Assembly (NCBI GenBank): GCA_963674755.2
Contig: CAXXVS010000001.1
Span: 1,184,001-1,248,000, forward strand
DNA: 64,000 nt
Direction of reading: 5' to 3'
Source: Desulfobacterales bacterium
GTDB taxonomy: Bacteria; Desulfobacterota; Desulfobacteria; Desulfobacterales; UBA5852
Numbering within the stretch: the stretch's first letter is position 1; the number at the start of each line of letters is the position of its first letter. This document shows positions 47,077-55,849 of this stretch, piece by piece. The notes under the pieces were generated by a model that had not been told where the DNA came from, ran no database searches, and was given only the letters and a program-made list of their open reading frames with translations. A program made the translations under genes and the position numbers.

Positions 47077-48342
47077 ATGCAACAGTCAGCGGATAGGGGA
47101 CGGGGAGGCAAACTGGGCGTCAACGGGTTCGGGCGGATTGGCAAGCTGACCGTGTGGTACCATGTGGCCCGTAAATTTTTCAGCGAAATCTACGTCAACA
47201 TCGGCCGCGAGGCGGGTACGGGCATGGCCGATCTGGCCCATTATGTGGAAAGGGACTCTTCCTACGGTCGTCTGGGCCAGTTTCTTTACGGTCACCGGCA
47301 GTCTTCGGTGATCGAAGCCATCGACGAGGCGAACCATTGCCTGACCATCGACGGGATCAAGGTGCACTTTCTCAAAACGGCCCGCAATCCGTCCGCTATC
47401 GGCTGGCGCGACCACGATGTGAAACTGGTGGTGGAAACGACGGGCCGGTTTCTGGATCCCACCCTGCCCCCCGATCATCCGGCCGGGGCGGTGCGCGGGC
47501 ACCTGGAAGCCGGGGCGAATATCGTGGTGGTCTCCGCCCCTTTCAAGATCAAGGATAAGGGCCAGCCCATGCCGGAAGATGCGATCACGACGGTCATGGG
47601 GATCAATGCCAACGACTTTGATCCGCGCCGTCACCGGCTCGTGTCCAATGCGTCCTGCACCACGACCTGTCTGGCCCACATGGTCAAGCCGCTCCTCAAC
47701 TACTTCGGCCCCAAGCGGATTCTGTCCGCCTCCATGGCCACCGTGCATTCGGCGACCGGGTCCCAGGCCGTACTGGACCGGCTGCCGAAAACAGGCGTTA
47801 AAGATCTGCGCAAAAATCGCAGCATCATGAACAACATCATCCTGACCACCACCGGGGCGGCCAATGCCCTGCGCCTGGTCATTCCCGAGATGGAGGAGAT
47901 CGGGTTCATCGCCGAGTCGGTCCGGGTGCCTACGGCCACCGGATCGTTGATCATTCTGGTGCTGGACGTCCAGGAGGAGATGGGCGGCGAGCCTGTCCGG
48001 CGGGACACCATCAACACGATTTATCGGCAGACCGCCGCGATGGATCCCCACGGCTATTTGCATTTTTCCGAGAAACAGAACGTCTCCGGCGATATCGTGG
48101 GCTATCCCCGGGCCGCCACCATTATCGAAGGACACGAAACCCACACCCGTACGGCCGAGGTGACCTTCAATCTCAGCAATCTCACCGGGGTGCCCGACAG
48201 CGTTCTGGAGGCGGTCAAGGGGCATGTCTACCGGATTCCGATCACCCAGGTCGTCACCTATGGCTGGTATGACAACGAGATGGGAAGCTATGTGAACATG
48301 CTGGGAGACCGGGCGGTCAGCGTGGCGGAACACATGATGTAG
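47077..48342 (+). CDS. Divergent glyceraldehyde-3-phosphate dehydrogenase family protein
   Basis: 'GVNGFGRIG', 'ETTG.F', 'VSAP', catalytic 'SNASCTTTCLA', 'TTTGAA', 'RVPT', 'WYDNE'. Confidence 0.88.
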   Translation: MQQSADRGRGGKLGVNGFGRIGKLTVWYHVARKFFSEIYVNIGREAGTGMADLAHYVERDSSYGRLGQFLYGHRQSSVIEAIDEANHCLTIDGIKVHFLKTARNPSAIGWRDHDVKLVVETTGRFLDPTLPPDHPAGAVRGHLEAGANIVVVSAPFKIKDKGQPMPEDAITTVMGINANDFDPRRHRLVSNASCTTTCLAHMVKPLLNYFGPKRILSASMATVHSATGSQAVLDRLPKTGVKDLRKNRSIMNNIILTTTGAANALRLVIPEMEEIGFIAESVRVPTATGSLIILVLDVQEEMGGEPVRRDTINTIYRQTAAMDPHGYLHFSEKQNVSGDIVGYPRAATIIEGHETHTRTAEVTFNLSNLTGVPDSVLEAVKGHVYRIPITQVVTYGWYDNEMGSYVNMLGDRAVSVAEHMM

Positions 48343-48378
48343 GCGTGGCTGGGCCGGGGCCGGGATTGGACATCCGCT

Positions 48379-49299
48379 TCATGACGTGGTCCGGGAATGG
48401 GGGCAGACGGAAAGGACCGGACAATTGGCGCGGCGTATCACGCGGTCGGTGGTGGAACCCAAGAACATGGTGCCGATCAGGCCGTGCCCCCGAACCCCCA
48501 GCACGATCAGATCGATGGCCTGTTCTTCGGCATAGTGCAGCAGTTGGCGGTAGGGTTGCCCCTCTTCCAGGACGGTGACCGGTTGGCACCAATGACGGGC
48601 TTCTTGCGGCACCAAAGCGTCGACCTTGGACTGCAAAAAGTCGCGGATGACCGCCGTCGATGCCGGTTGATGGGCGAAAACGGGTTTGAGGGTTTCGGTG
48701 TAAAGCGGTGTTTCAATAACGTGCATCAGGTGGAGTTCCGCCTGGAATTCCTGCGCCAGGCTCAAGCCGTGCCGGAAGGCGAGATCGGCATCCGGGGAAA
48801 AGTCGCACCCCACCAGGATGCGCTTGAAGCGCAGGGCGGCTTCCGGCATTGCAGCTGCCTCGCCATCAGCGGCGGGGATGACCAGCAGCGGGCAGGGCAG
48901 GGTGCGCATGAGGCGTTCGGTAACGGACCCCAGCAGCATGCGCTTTAGCACCCGGCGGCCCTGGGTGGCGGTCAATACAATGTCAACGGCCCTTTCCCGG
49001 GCTTCCCGCGTGATTTCCTGCGCGGCCGGCCCGACGATCACCAAAGACTCCCAGTCCACCGCGTGGCCCTCCATCAATTCGGCAATGCGCTTCCGGGCAA
49101 AGTCCATGCTGCGATGCAACTGCTCCTCCGGTGCCAGGTAAGCTTCGCCGTAGATCGAGGGTGCCGGCAGATGGATGCAGTGGCATACCAGCAGGTGGGC
49201 GCCAAATTCGTGGGCTAAGGTGATGCCGTGGGCAATGGCTTGGTGGGAGATGTCGGACAGGTCTGTCGCACAAAGAATGCGTCGAAACATGACTCTCAT
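48379..49299 (-). CDS. Universal stress protein (tandem USP domains)
   Basis: Two copies of 'RIL..D.S...A' and 'LGS.T.R..R...CP.L'. Confidence 0.92.
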   Translation of the reverse strand: MRVMFRRILCATDLSDISHQAIAHGITLAHEFGAHLLVCHCIHLPAPSIYGEAYLAPEEQLHRSMDFARKRIAELMEGHAVDWESLVIVGPAAQEITREARERAVDIVLTATQGRRVLKRMLLGSVTERLMRTLPCPLLVIPAADGEAAAMPEAALRFKRILVGCDFSPDADLAFRHGLSLAQEFQAELHLMHVIETPLYTETLKPVFAHQPASTAVIRDFLQSKVDALVPQEARHWCQPVTVLEEGQPYRQLLHYAEEQAIDLIVLGVRGHGLIGTMFLGSTTDRVIRRANCPVLSVCPHSRTTS

Positions 49300-49408
49300 T
49301 TCGTATCCTTTCGTCTGGGCGGTTGGGGTGCCTGGCACCCGGATGATCGCGAGGTCGGAAAGGCCGGCTCCTCTGGGGAGTCGGTTGAGAAAAGAGAATT
49401 TATTATCG

Positions 49409-49438
49409 AGTATAAGGATTGCTCCCGGTTTATGTCAA
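49409..49438 (-). promoter_or_regulatory. sigma70 promoter for usp
   Basis: Minus strand TTGACA-N18-TATACT, about 110 nt upstream of the start codon. Confidence 0.65.
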
Positions 49439-49588
49439 ATGGCTTGACCGGCACAGGCCTGGGGCAAGGCGCTAAAATCGGTTGATCCCCAAGGGTGAGC
49501 CCCCCTCTAAACGTTTCAGCTCCTATGCGTTGAACAACGGAAGTGGCTCTGGTTTGTCACTCATTCATTCGAGAAAGGAATTCGATTT

Positions 49589-51286
49589 ATGTCGGGAAAA
49601 CTGCGTGTACTGATTATCGGTGGTGTCGCCTGCGGCCCCAAAACAGCGGCCCGCCTCAAGCGCCTGATGCCTGAGGCCGAAGTGACCATGCTCGAAAGGG
49701 GCGGATTGGTCTCCTACGGAGCCTGCGGCCTGCCCTATTACGTGGAGGGCACGTTTACCAATATCAATGCCCTGACCCATACACCGGCCGGCGTGCCCCG
49801 GACGCCGGAATTCTTCCGTACCTGGAAAGGCTTCCAAACCCGTGTGAACACTGAGGCGACGGCGATCAACCGTGAGGCCAAAACCGTCCACGTCCGCGAC
49901 CTGGAAAGCGGTCGGGAAGAGGATTTGCCTTATGACAAGCTCGTGCTAGCCACTGGCGGGCGGCCGTTTAAACCGCCCATTCCCGGTTTGGACCTTAAAA
50001 ACGTCTGGTTCATGACCCATCCGGACGACGCCGACAGCCTGGTGCGCGAGATTGAAGCGCAGGGGCTCAAACACGCGGTTTTGGTGGGGGCGGGGTTTAT
50101 CGGGCTGGAGGTGGCGGAAGCGTTAGTTGATCGCGGCCTGGAGGTCACGATGGTTGAAATGGCGCCCCAGATCATGCCCGGCATCCTCGACGAGGATATT
50201 GCCCGGTTTGCCCAAATCCATCTGGAAGACAACGACGTCCAACTGGTGCTCAGCGAAACCGTCGTTGCCCTGGAGGGCGGCGAGCGGGTGGACACCGTCG
50301 TTACCAATCAACGCCGCATTAAAGCGGACTGCGTGGTGGTCGGTGTCGGCACCCGTCCCAATGACGAACTGGCCCGGGAGGCGGGATTGCGTTGCGAGCG
50401 GGGCATCCTGGTCAACGAATATTGCCAGACCAGCGATCCGGACATTTACGCCGGCGGTGATTGCGTGCCCAACGCTTATATCCACCGTCAGGTGGGGGAT
50501 CCCCTCTATGTGCCGTTGGGGTCCACCGCCAACAAGCACGGCCGTGTGATCGCCAACCACATTGCCGGACGCCCGACGCCTTTCAGCGGCATCACCTGTT
50601 CCAGCGTGGTGCGGGTGTTCGAATATACCCTGGGCCGTACCGGGCTGACCGAACGCATGGCCAAGGCGCTGGGCATCGATTATGAAGTTGCAACCTGGTC
50701 CGGACAGGATATTCCCCACTATATGACCGGCAGCCGCCTCTTTATCATCAAGATGATTGCTTCCCGGCGGGACCGCAAGGTCCTGGGGGTCCAGGTGGCC
50801 GGCATGGGCAATGGTGCCAAACGGCTGGATGTCGCCGCCAGTGTCATTTATTTCGACGGCACGCTGGATCAGTTGGCGGATGTGGATTTCGGGTATGCCC
50901 CGCCTTTCGGTCCGCCCCTCGATCCCCTGGCGGTGTGCGCCCATGTTCTGACCAACAAGTTGGACGGGATCGCCCATGGCATCCCCCCCCTGGAAGCCAA
51001 ACGGCTGATGGATACGGGCGATTGCCTGCTGCTGGATGTGCGTATTCCGGAAGAGTCCAAAATGGAATGGATTCCCCACACCGACATGCGCCATATCCCC
51101 TTGTCGGAATTGCGGGAGCGCGTGGCGGAATTACCCCGGGATCGTGATATTTTGACGTATTGCAAGGTGAGCATGCGGGGCTACGAGGCCCAACTGATCC
51201 TCAATGCGGCGGGTTTTAGGCGCGTACGCTTCATCGAAGGCGGGGTCGCAGCCTGGCCTTTTGAGACGGCCATGCCGGGGTTATAG
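49589..51286 (+). CDS. CoA-disulfide/persulfide reductase with C-terminal rhodanese domain (Npsr/Cdr-like)
   Basis: 'IIGGVACG', active-site 'SYGACGLPY', 'GAGFIGLE', 'YAGGDC', 'YAPPF', rhodanese 'LLDVR...YCKVSMRG'. Confidence 0.9.
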   Translation: MSGKLRVLIIGGVACGPKTAARLKRLMPEAEVTMLERGGLVSYGACGLPYYVEGTFTNINALTHTPAGVPRTPEFFRTWKGFQTRVNTEATAINREAKTVHVRDLESGREEDLPYDKLVLATGGRPFKPPIPGLDLKNVWFMTHPDDADSLVREIEAQGLKHAVLVGAGFIGLEVAEALVDRGLEVTMVEMAPQIMPGILDEDIARFAQIHLEDNDVQLVLSETVVALEGGERVDTVVTNQRRIKADCVVVGVGTRPNDELAREAGLRCERGILVNEYCQTSDPDIYAGGDCVPNAYIHRQVGDPLYVPLGSTANKHGRVIANHIAGRPTPFSGITCSSVVRVFEYTLGRTGLTERMAKALGIDYEVATWSGQDIPHYMTGSRLFIIKMIASRRDRKVLGVQVAGMGNGAKRLDVAASVIYFDGTLDQLADVDFGYAPPFGPPLDPLAVCAHVLTNKLDGIAHGIPPLEAKRLMDTGDCLLLDVRIPEESKMEWIPHTDMRHIPLSELRERVAELPRDRDILTYCKVSMRGYEAQLILNAAGFRRVRFIEGGVAAWPFETAMPGL

Positions 51287-51344
51287 ATCGAAGGTCATTC
51301 CCATTCTGAACGAACAATAGATCGGCGGCGGGCGGCGGCTGGTG

Positions 51345-53402
51345 TTAAGATTCCAACCGCCGCACCGTGCCTTCCTTAACGGGGGCATCCGTGGCCAGGA
51401 TCGCTTTGATTTTCTCGGACAGCTGAAGAATCGTAAACGGTTTCTGGAGGAAGCCGCGGCAGCCCTGGCGCCGAATCTCTCTGATCCGGCCATTCAGCCC
51501 ATAGCCGCTGATCAGCAGAACGCGCACGTTTGGATCTATGGCTCGCAGGCGGTCGAACGTCTCGCCCCCATCCATGCCCGGCATGACCATGTCCAGGATC
51601 ACCAGATCGATTCCTTCCCGGTGGGCGTCATACAGGCTCAGCGCTTCTTGGCCGCTCGAGGCCTCGATGACGCGGTAGCCTAGCTCCAGCAACCATTCGC
51701 CGGCAATTTCAATGATGAAGCGTTCATCGTCCACCACCAGCACCGTACCGGACCCGTGCAAAGGCTTCAGGATGGCTTCGGTTGCCGATTGCATCGGCGA
51801 AGCGGAGGCCGGCAGGAAAATTGTGAAGATCGCCCCCTGGCCCTCCTGGCTGGTGACCTTGATGAAGCCGCGATGGTTTTTGATGATGCCATAGGCGGAA
51901 GACAGTCCCAGTCCCGTTCCCCGGCCGCGTTCTTTGGTGGTGAAAAAGGGATTGAAGATTTTGGGCAGGATCGCTTCGTTGATGCCGCTGCCGGTATCGC
52001 AGACCCGCACCCGGACATAGCGCCCCGGATTCAGGCCGAAAGGGTGGACGGATTTCATGCCCAGCTGGCAGTCCTCGGTTTCAATGGTCAGGCGGCCGCC
52101 GGCAGGCATGGCCTGCCAGGCATTGACGAACAGGTTCATCAACACCTGTTCGATCTGGCCGGGATTGACCGTGACCGGCCAGCTTGCTCCCAGCTGCGCG
52201 GCATCGATCGTGATTTCCCGTTTGGTTCGTCCGAACATGTCGGCGGTTTTGCGAATGACCTCATTGAGGTCGGTGACGGCGGTCTGCCGCTGTTTGGAGC
52301 GTGCGAAGTCAAGCAACTGGCGGGTCAGACCGGCACCGTCCTTGACATAGCGCTCGACGTTGTGCAGTTTCTCGATCAGCGGGTTTTCGGTCGGAGTTCG
52401 CATGAGCATCAGTGAAGTGTTGCCCTGAATGCCCATGAGGATATTGTTGAAATCGTGGGCGATGCCCCCGGCCAGTGTTCCGATGGCCTCCAGGCGTTGG
52501 GCATGATGGAGCTGCTCCTTCAATTCCTGGCGCTCTTCTTCGGCCTGGCGCAGGTGGGTGATGTCCCGCAGCATGCCGCGGAATCCGGTGGGTTGGCCCT
52601 CCCGGTCCGTAACCAGGGAGACGGAGATTTCAAACACCACCCGTTGGTCGTTGCGCCGGGCTTCGAAGTCCTGGTTGGTGGCCGGGATGCCGCTGCGGTA
52701 GACCCGGTTGAAGAGCCGGAACAGAAAACGTGTGGTGGCCCGGGAAAAATAGTGCTGAAAGGGTGTCAGCAGCAGCTGGTCGCGGGCGTACCCGACGATG
52801 CGGCACAGGGGGCTGTTGACGAACACCAGGCGGCCCTTGAGATCGACCTCGAAATACCCCTCTTCGATGCTCTCGACGATGGTCTGGTATTTTTTTTCGC
52901 TCTCCCGAAAGGCGGCTTCCGCGCTTTTCAGACTGGTGATGTCCACCATGACGCCGCGCAGCCCTTTGAAAAAGCCGTCGTTGACCAGGGGCCGGCTGAA
53001 GGACCGCACCCAGCAATAGCCGCGGTGCCGGTTCAAAATGCGGTATTCAATCGATCGCAGATCACCCGAAATGACCCGTTCGTGAACCTTCTGCAGGCGC
53101 CGCCGGTCTTCGGGGTGGATCACCGCCATGAATTCGCGGCCGACAAACTCTTCCGGCTGCAGGCCCGTGAAAGTGTAAATCATGGGGCTGATGTAAACGA
53201 TCATCCCCTTGGGATCGGTGGCGAAAATGACGGCGCTGATATCTTCGACCAGGTTCCGGTATTTTTCCCGGTCTTTCATGGTCTTCTGCAGGAGCAGTAA
53301 TGCCTCGCGCAGCTGCCGCTGGAGCTTCCGGCGTTCGCGGGATTCCCCTTCCAGGGCAATGCGCAGCTCTTTTAAGGGATCGGGCGGATGGCCGTTTTCC
53401 AT
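51345..53402 (-). CDS. Hybrid sensor histidine kinase (2x PAS, HisKA, HATPase, REC)
   Basis: 'AHDFNNIL', 'NLFVNA', 'DTGSG', 'FFTTK...GTGLGL', receiver 'VVDDE...LDMVMP...KPF'. Start uncertain. Confidence 0.93.
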   Translation of the reverse strand: MENGHPPDPLKELRIALEGESRERRKLQRQLREALLLLQKTMKDREKYRNLVEDISAVIFATDPKGMIVYISPMIYTFTGLQPEEFVGREFMAVIHPEDRRRLQKVHERVISGDLRSIEYRILNRHRGYCWVRSFSRPLVNDGFFKGLRGVMVDITSLKSAEAAFRESEKKYQTIVESIEEGYFEVDLKGRLVFVNSPLCRIVGYARDQLLLTPFQHYFSRATTRFLFRLFNRVYRSGIPATNQDFEARRNDQRVVFEISVSLVTDREGQPTGFRGMLRDITHLRQAEEERQELKEQLHHAQRLEAIGTLAGGIAHDFNNILMGIQGNTSLMLMRTPTENPLIEKLHNVERYVKDGAGLTRQLLDFARSKQRQTAVTDLNEVIRKTADMFGRTKREITIDAAQLGASWPVTVNPGQIEQVLMNLFVNAWQAMPAGGRLTIETEDCQLGMKSVHPFGLNPGRYVRVRVCDTGSGINEAILPKIFNPFFTTKERGRGTGLGLSSAYGIIKNHRGFIKVTSQEGQGAIFTIFLPASASPMQSATEAILKPLHGSGTVLVVDDERFIIEIAGEWLLELGYRVIEASSGQEALSLYDAHREGIDLVILDMVMPGMDGGETFDRLRAIDPNVRVLLISGYGLNGRIREIRRQGCRGFLQKPFTILQLSEKIKAILATDAPVKEGTVRRLES

Positions 53403-53607
53403 TGGTGATTTCCCGGGATGGACGGATGGGTGTGAATGAATCAATCAATGCCTGACGCCTGCCTGTCAGCGTAGTACGAATTCACTTTTTTTTCAATACA
53501 TGCGCTCATCGCCAACAGGGGCGCAAGCCTGCGGATCCCGGACAATGGCTTGCGGCAGGGGTGAAGGGTCTTATATTGACCTTAAGGCAGGCGGAGAGAC
53601 GATCGCA

Positions 53608-53910
53608 ATGAACCACAAAGTGATCCCGGTCGAAAATAGTCGCAGTATTCCCCAATTCGTATTGCAGCGCGTCCTACGGATGGTGCCCGACCGCGACAGG
53701 GACGACCGGCGGTTGCGGCGGCTGCTGGCGTTTCGGTTGGAGCATGACGGCGAGGCGGCCACCTGCGAATACCTGATGCGCCATATCCGGGATTACATCC
53801 GCCGTCCCGAGCCGCGCTGTTTTTACGACTTTCTCATCCAGCCCCACGGATCCGATCCCGGGTCCGCCGATGACACCGGGCGGGACCACGATCCACCCGG
53901 TGCCGCCTGA
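53608..53910 (+). CDS. Small hypothetical protein (100 aa)
   Basis: GGAG RBS before ATG 53608; fills the intergenic gap. No motif recognised. Confidence 0.45.
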   Translation: MNHKVIPVENSRSIPQFVLQRVLRMVPDRDRDDRRLRRLLAFRLEHDGEAATCEYLMRHIRDYIRRPEPRCFYDFLIQPHGSDPGSADDTGRDHDPPGAA

Positions 53911-54052
53911 GTAGTCATAGGCTTCTCCCCGCCCACCGATCCGCACCTCTTGCCCGCGAGACCATCCGATCCTCATGAACGCCAATTTGGGATTGCAATT
54001 TAGGCGCGTATTCACTATGAGTCGTGCGACGATTCGCCCGGGGGGAGTTTAT

Positions 54053-54745
54053 ATGGTAGGAACATTTGTCAACACGCTGGCCATTATTGCAGGGAGTCTG
54101 TTGGGCGTCTCCTTGCGGCGCGGCATATCCGAGGCTTACAAAGAAACGGTGATTGCGGCCATCGGCTTGGCGGTGCTCCTGATTGGTTTTAAAAGTGCGC
54201 TGCAAAGCGATGACCTGCTGTTGGTCATCATCAGCCTGGCCCTGGGGGCGCTAATTGGTGAAATGCTGAAAATCGAGGCCCGCCTGGAGGCGCTCGGTCA
54301 CTGGATCGGAAACCGACTGGGGCGGGCCGGGGATGGTGTGGCCCAGGGTTTCGTTACCGCCAGTCTGGTGTTTTGTGTGGGGGCCATGGCCATTGTCGGT
54401 GCCCTGGAAAGCGGCCTCACGGGCAATCATCAGACCCTATTCGCCAAGTCGCTGCTGGATGGCGTGACATCCATCATCTTTGCATCGACCCTCGGTATCG
54501 GTGTCCTTTTCTCTTCGGTTTCCGTTTTGATCTACCAGGGCGCCATCACACTGGCCGCGACCCATCTGAAACCGTTTTTGACCGCCGGTGTGGTGGCCCA
54601 GATGAGCGCGGTGGGGGGGCTTTTGATCGTTGCCATCGGTTTGAATATCCTGGATATCAAAAAGCTCCGGATCGGCAATATGCTGCCGGGTCTTTTCATT
54701 CCCCTGGTCTATGACATCTTGGGCGTCTTGTGGCGGGCGCGTTAG
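54053..54745 (+). CDS. DUF554 (YqgA-like) membrane protein
   Basis: 'GTFVNTLAI..GSLLG', 'GFVTASLVFCVGAMAIVG', 'KSLLDG', 'NMLP'. Confidence 0.88.
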   Translation: MVGTFVNTLAIIAGSLLGVSLRRGISEAYKETVIAAIGLAVLLIGFKSALQSDDLLLVIISLALGALIGEMLKIEARLEALGHWIGNRLGRAGDGVAQGFVTASLVFCVGAMAIVGALESGLTGNHQTLFAKSLLDGVTSIIFASTLGIGVLFSSVSVLIYQGAITLAATHLKPFLTAGVVAQMSAVGGLLIVAIGLNILDIKKLRIGNMLPGLFIPLVYDILGVLWRAR

Positions 54746-54853
54746 CATTCCCGCCATCGTATCCGGCACCGGCCGTTTAATGCCAAGGACGGATGTGGTC
54801 GCCGCCGGAGTTGGGGCGCCCAACAACAGGACCACTTAGGAATTAGGACGGCC

Positions 54854-55723
54854 ATGCACTACGAAGGCAATATGATTCGGCCCCCCAGCGAAGCCTACAG
54901 CATTCTGTTGCAGGCCACTGTAGGGTGCTCCCATAACAAGTGCACTTTCTGCGGGGCTTACAAGGGGGAGCGGTTCAAGATCAAGCCGGATGCGATTATT
55001 GAGGCCGACATCGATTTCGCTGCCCAACACTGCCGGCAGCAACGGCGCCTTTTCATCTGCGACGGAGATGCCCTCATCATTCCCCAGAAACGATTGCTGG
55101 GGATCCTCCAAGCGATTCGGCAGCGCCTGCCCTGGGTGACGCGGGTCGGCGTATATGCCAACACCAAAAGCATCCGCATGAAAACGGCCGAAGAACTGGC
55201 CGCACTGCACGCCAATGGCCTCGGGATCGCTTACATGGGACTCGAATCGGGGGACGATGAGACTTTGACGGCCGTGAACAAAGGCACCACGGCCCAGGGG
55301 ATGATCGAGGCCGGCCGCAAGGTTCGCCGCGCCGGCATCAAGTTGTCCTTGACGGTGCTGCTGGGCATCGGCGGCCGGACCCGCAGCATGGTACACGCCC
55401 AGGAAACGGGGCGGGTCATTTCGGCCATCGATCCGGAGTATGTGGGTGCCTTGAGCCTGATGCTGATTCCGGGAACGCCGCTCTACGACGCCTGTCAGGA
55501 GGGGCGCTTCGAACTGCTCGGACCGGAAGAGATGCTCCGTGAGCTGGGGGTCATGATTGCCCATACCGAGATGTCCGGCGGCTTGTTCCATGCCAATCAC
55601 GCATCCAATTATCTGCCGCTCAAGCTCACGATGCCGCGCGACAAGGCCAAAGCCCTCGGTTTGATCGAGCGCGCACTGCGGGGCGAGATCGCGCTCAAGC
55701 CGGAAATCATGCGGGCCTTGTAA
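54854..55723 (+). CDS. Radical SAM protein
   Basis: 'IRPPSEA', CxxxCxxC 'CSHNKCTFC', 'GLESG', 'NHASNY'. Confidence 0.9.
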   Translation: MHYEGNMIRPPSEAYSILLQATVGCSHNKCTFCGAYKGERFKIKPDAIIEADIDFAAQHCRQQRRLFICDGDALIIPQKRLLGILQAIRQRLPWVTRVGVYANTKSIRMKTAEELAALHANGLGIAYMGLESGDDETLTAVNKGTTAQGMIEAGRKVRRAGIKLSLTVLLGIGGRTRSMVHAQETGRVISAIDPEYVGALSLMLIPGTPLYDACQEGRFELLGPEEMLRELGVMIAHTEMSGGLFHANHASNYLPLKLTMPRDKAKALGLIERALRGEIALKPEIMRAL

Positions 55724-55849
55724 CCACGGGGCAGCCAAGGCCGAAGCGAAGCAGCTATCGTAAACAGACCGACACCATAGAGAAAGCGTGCCGACCGTCA
55801 GCTGACGGTAGCGCACCAATGACGGTTCAGACACAGGGGGAACACGACA

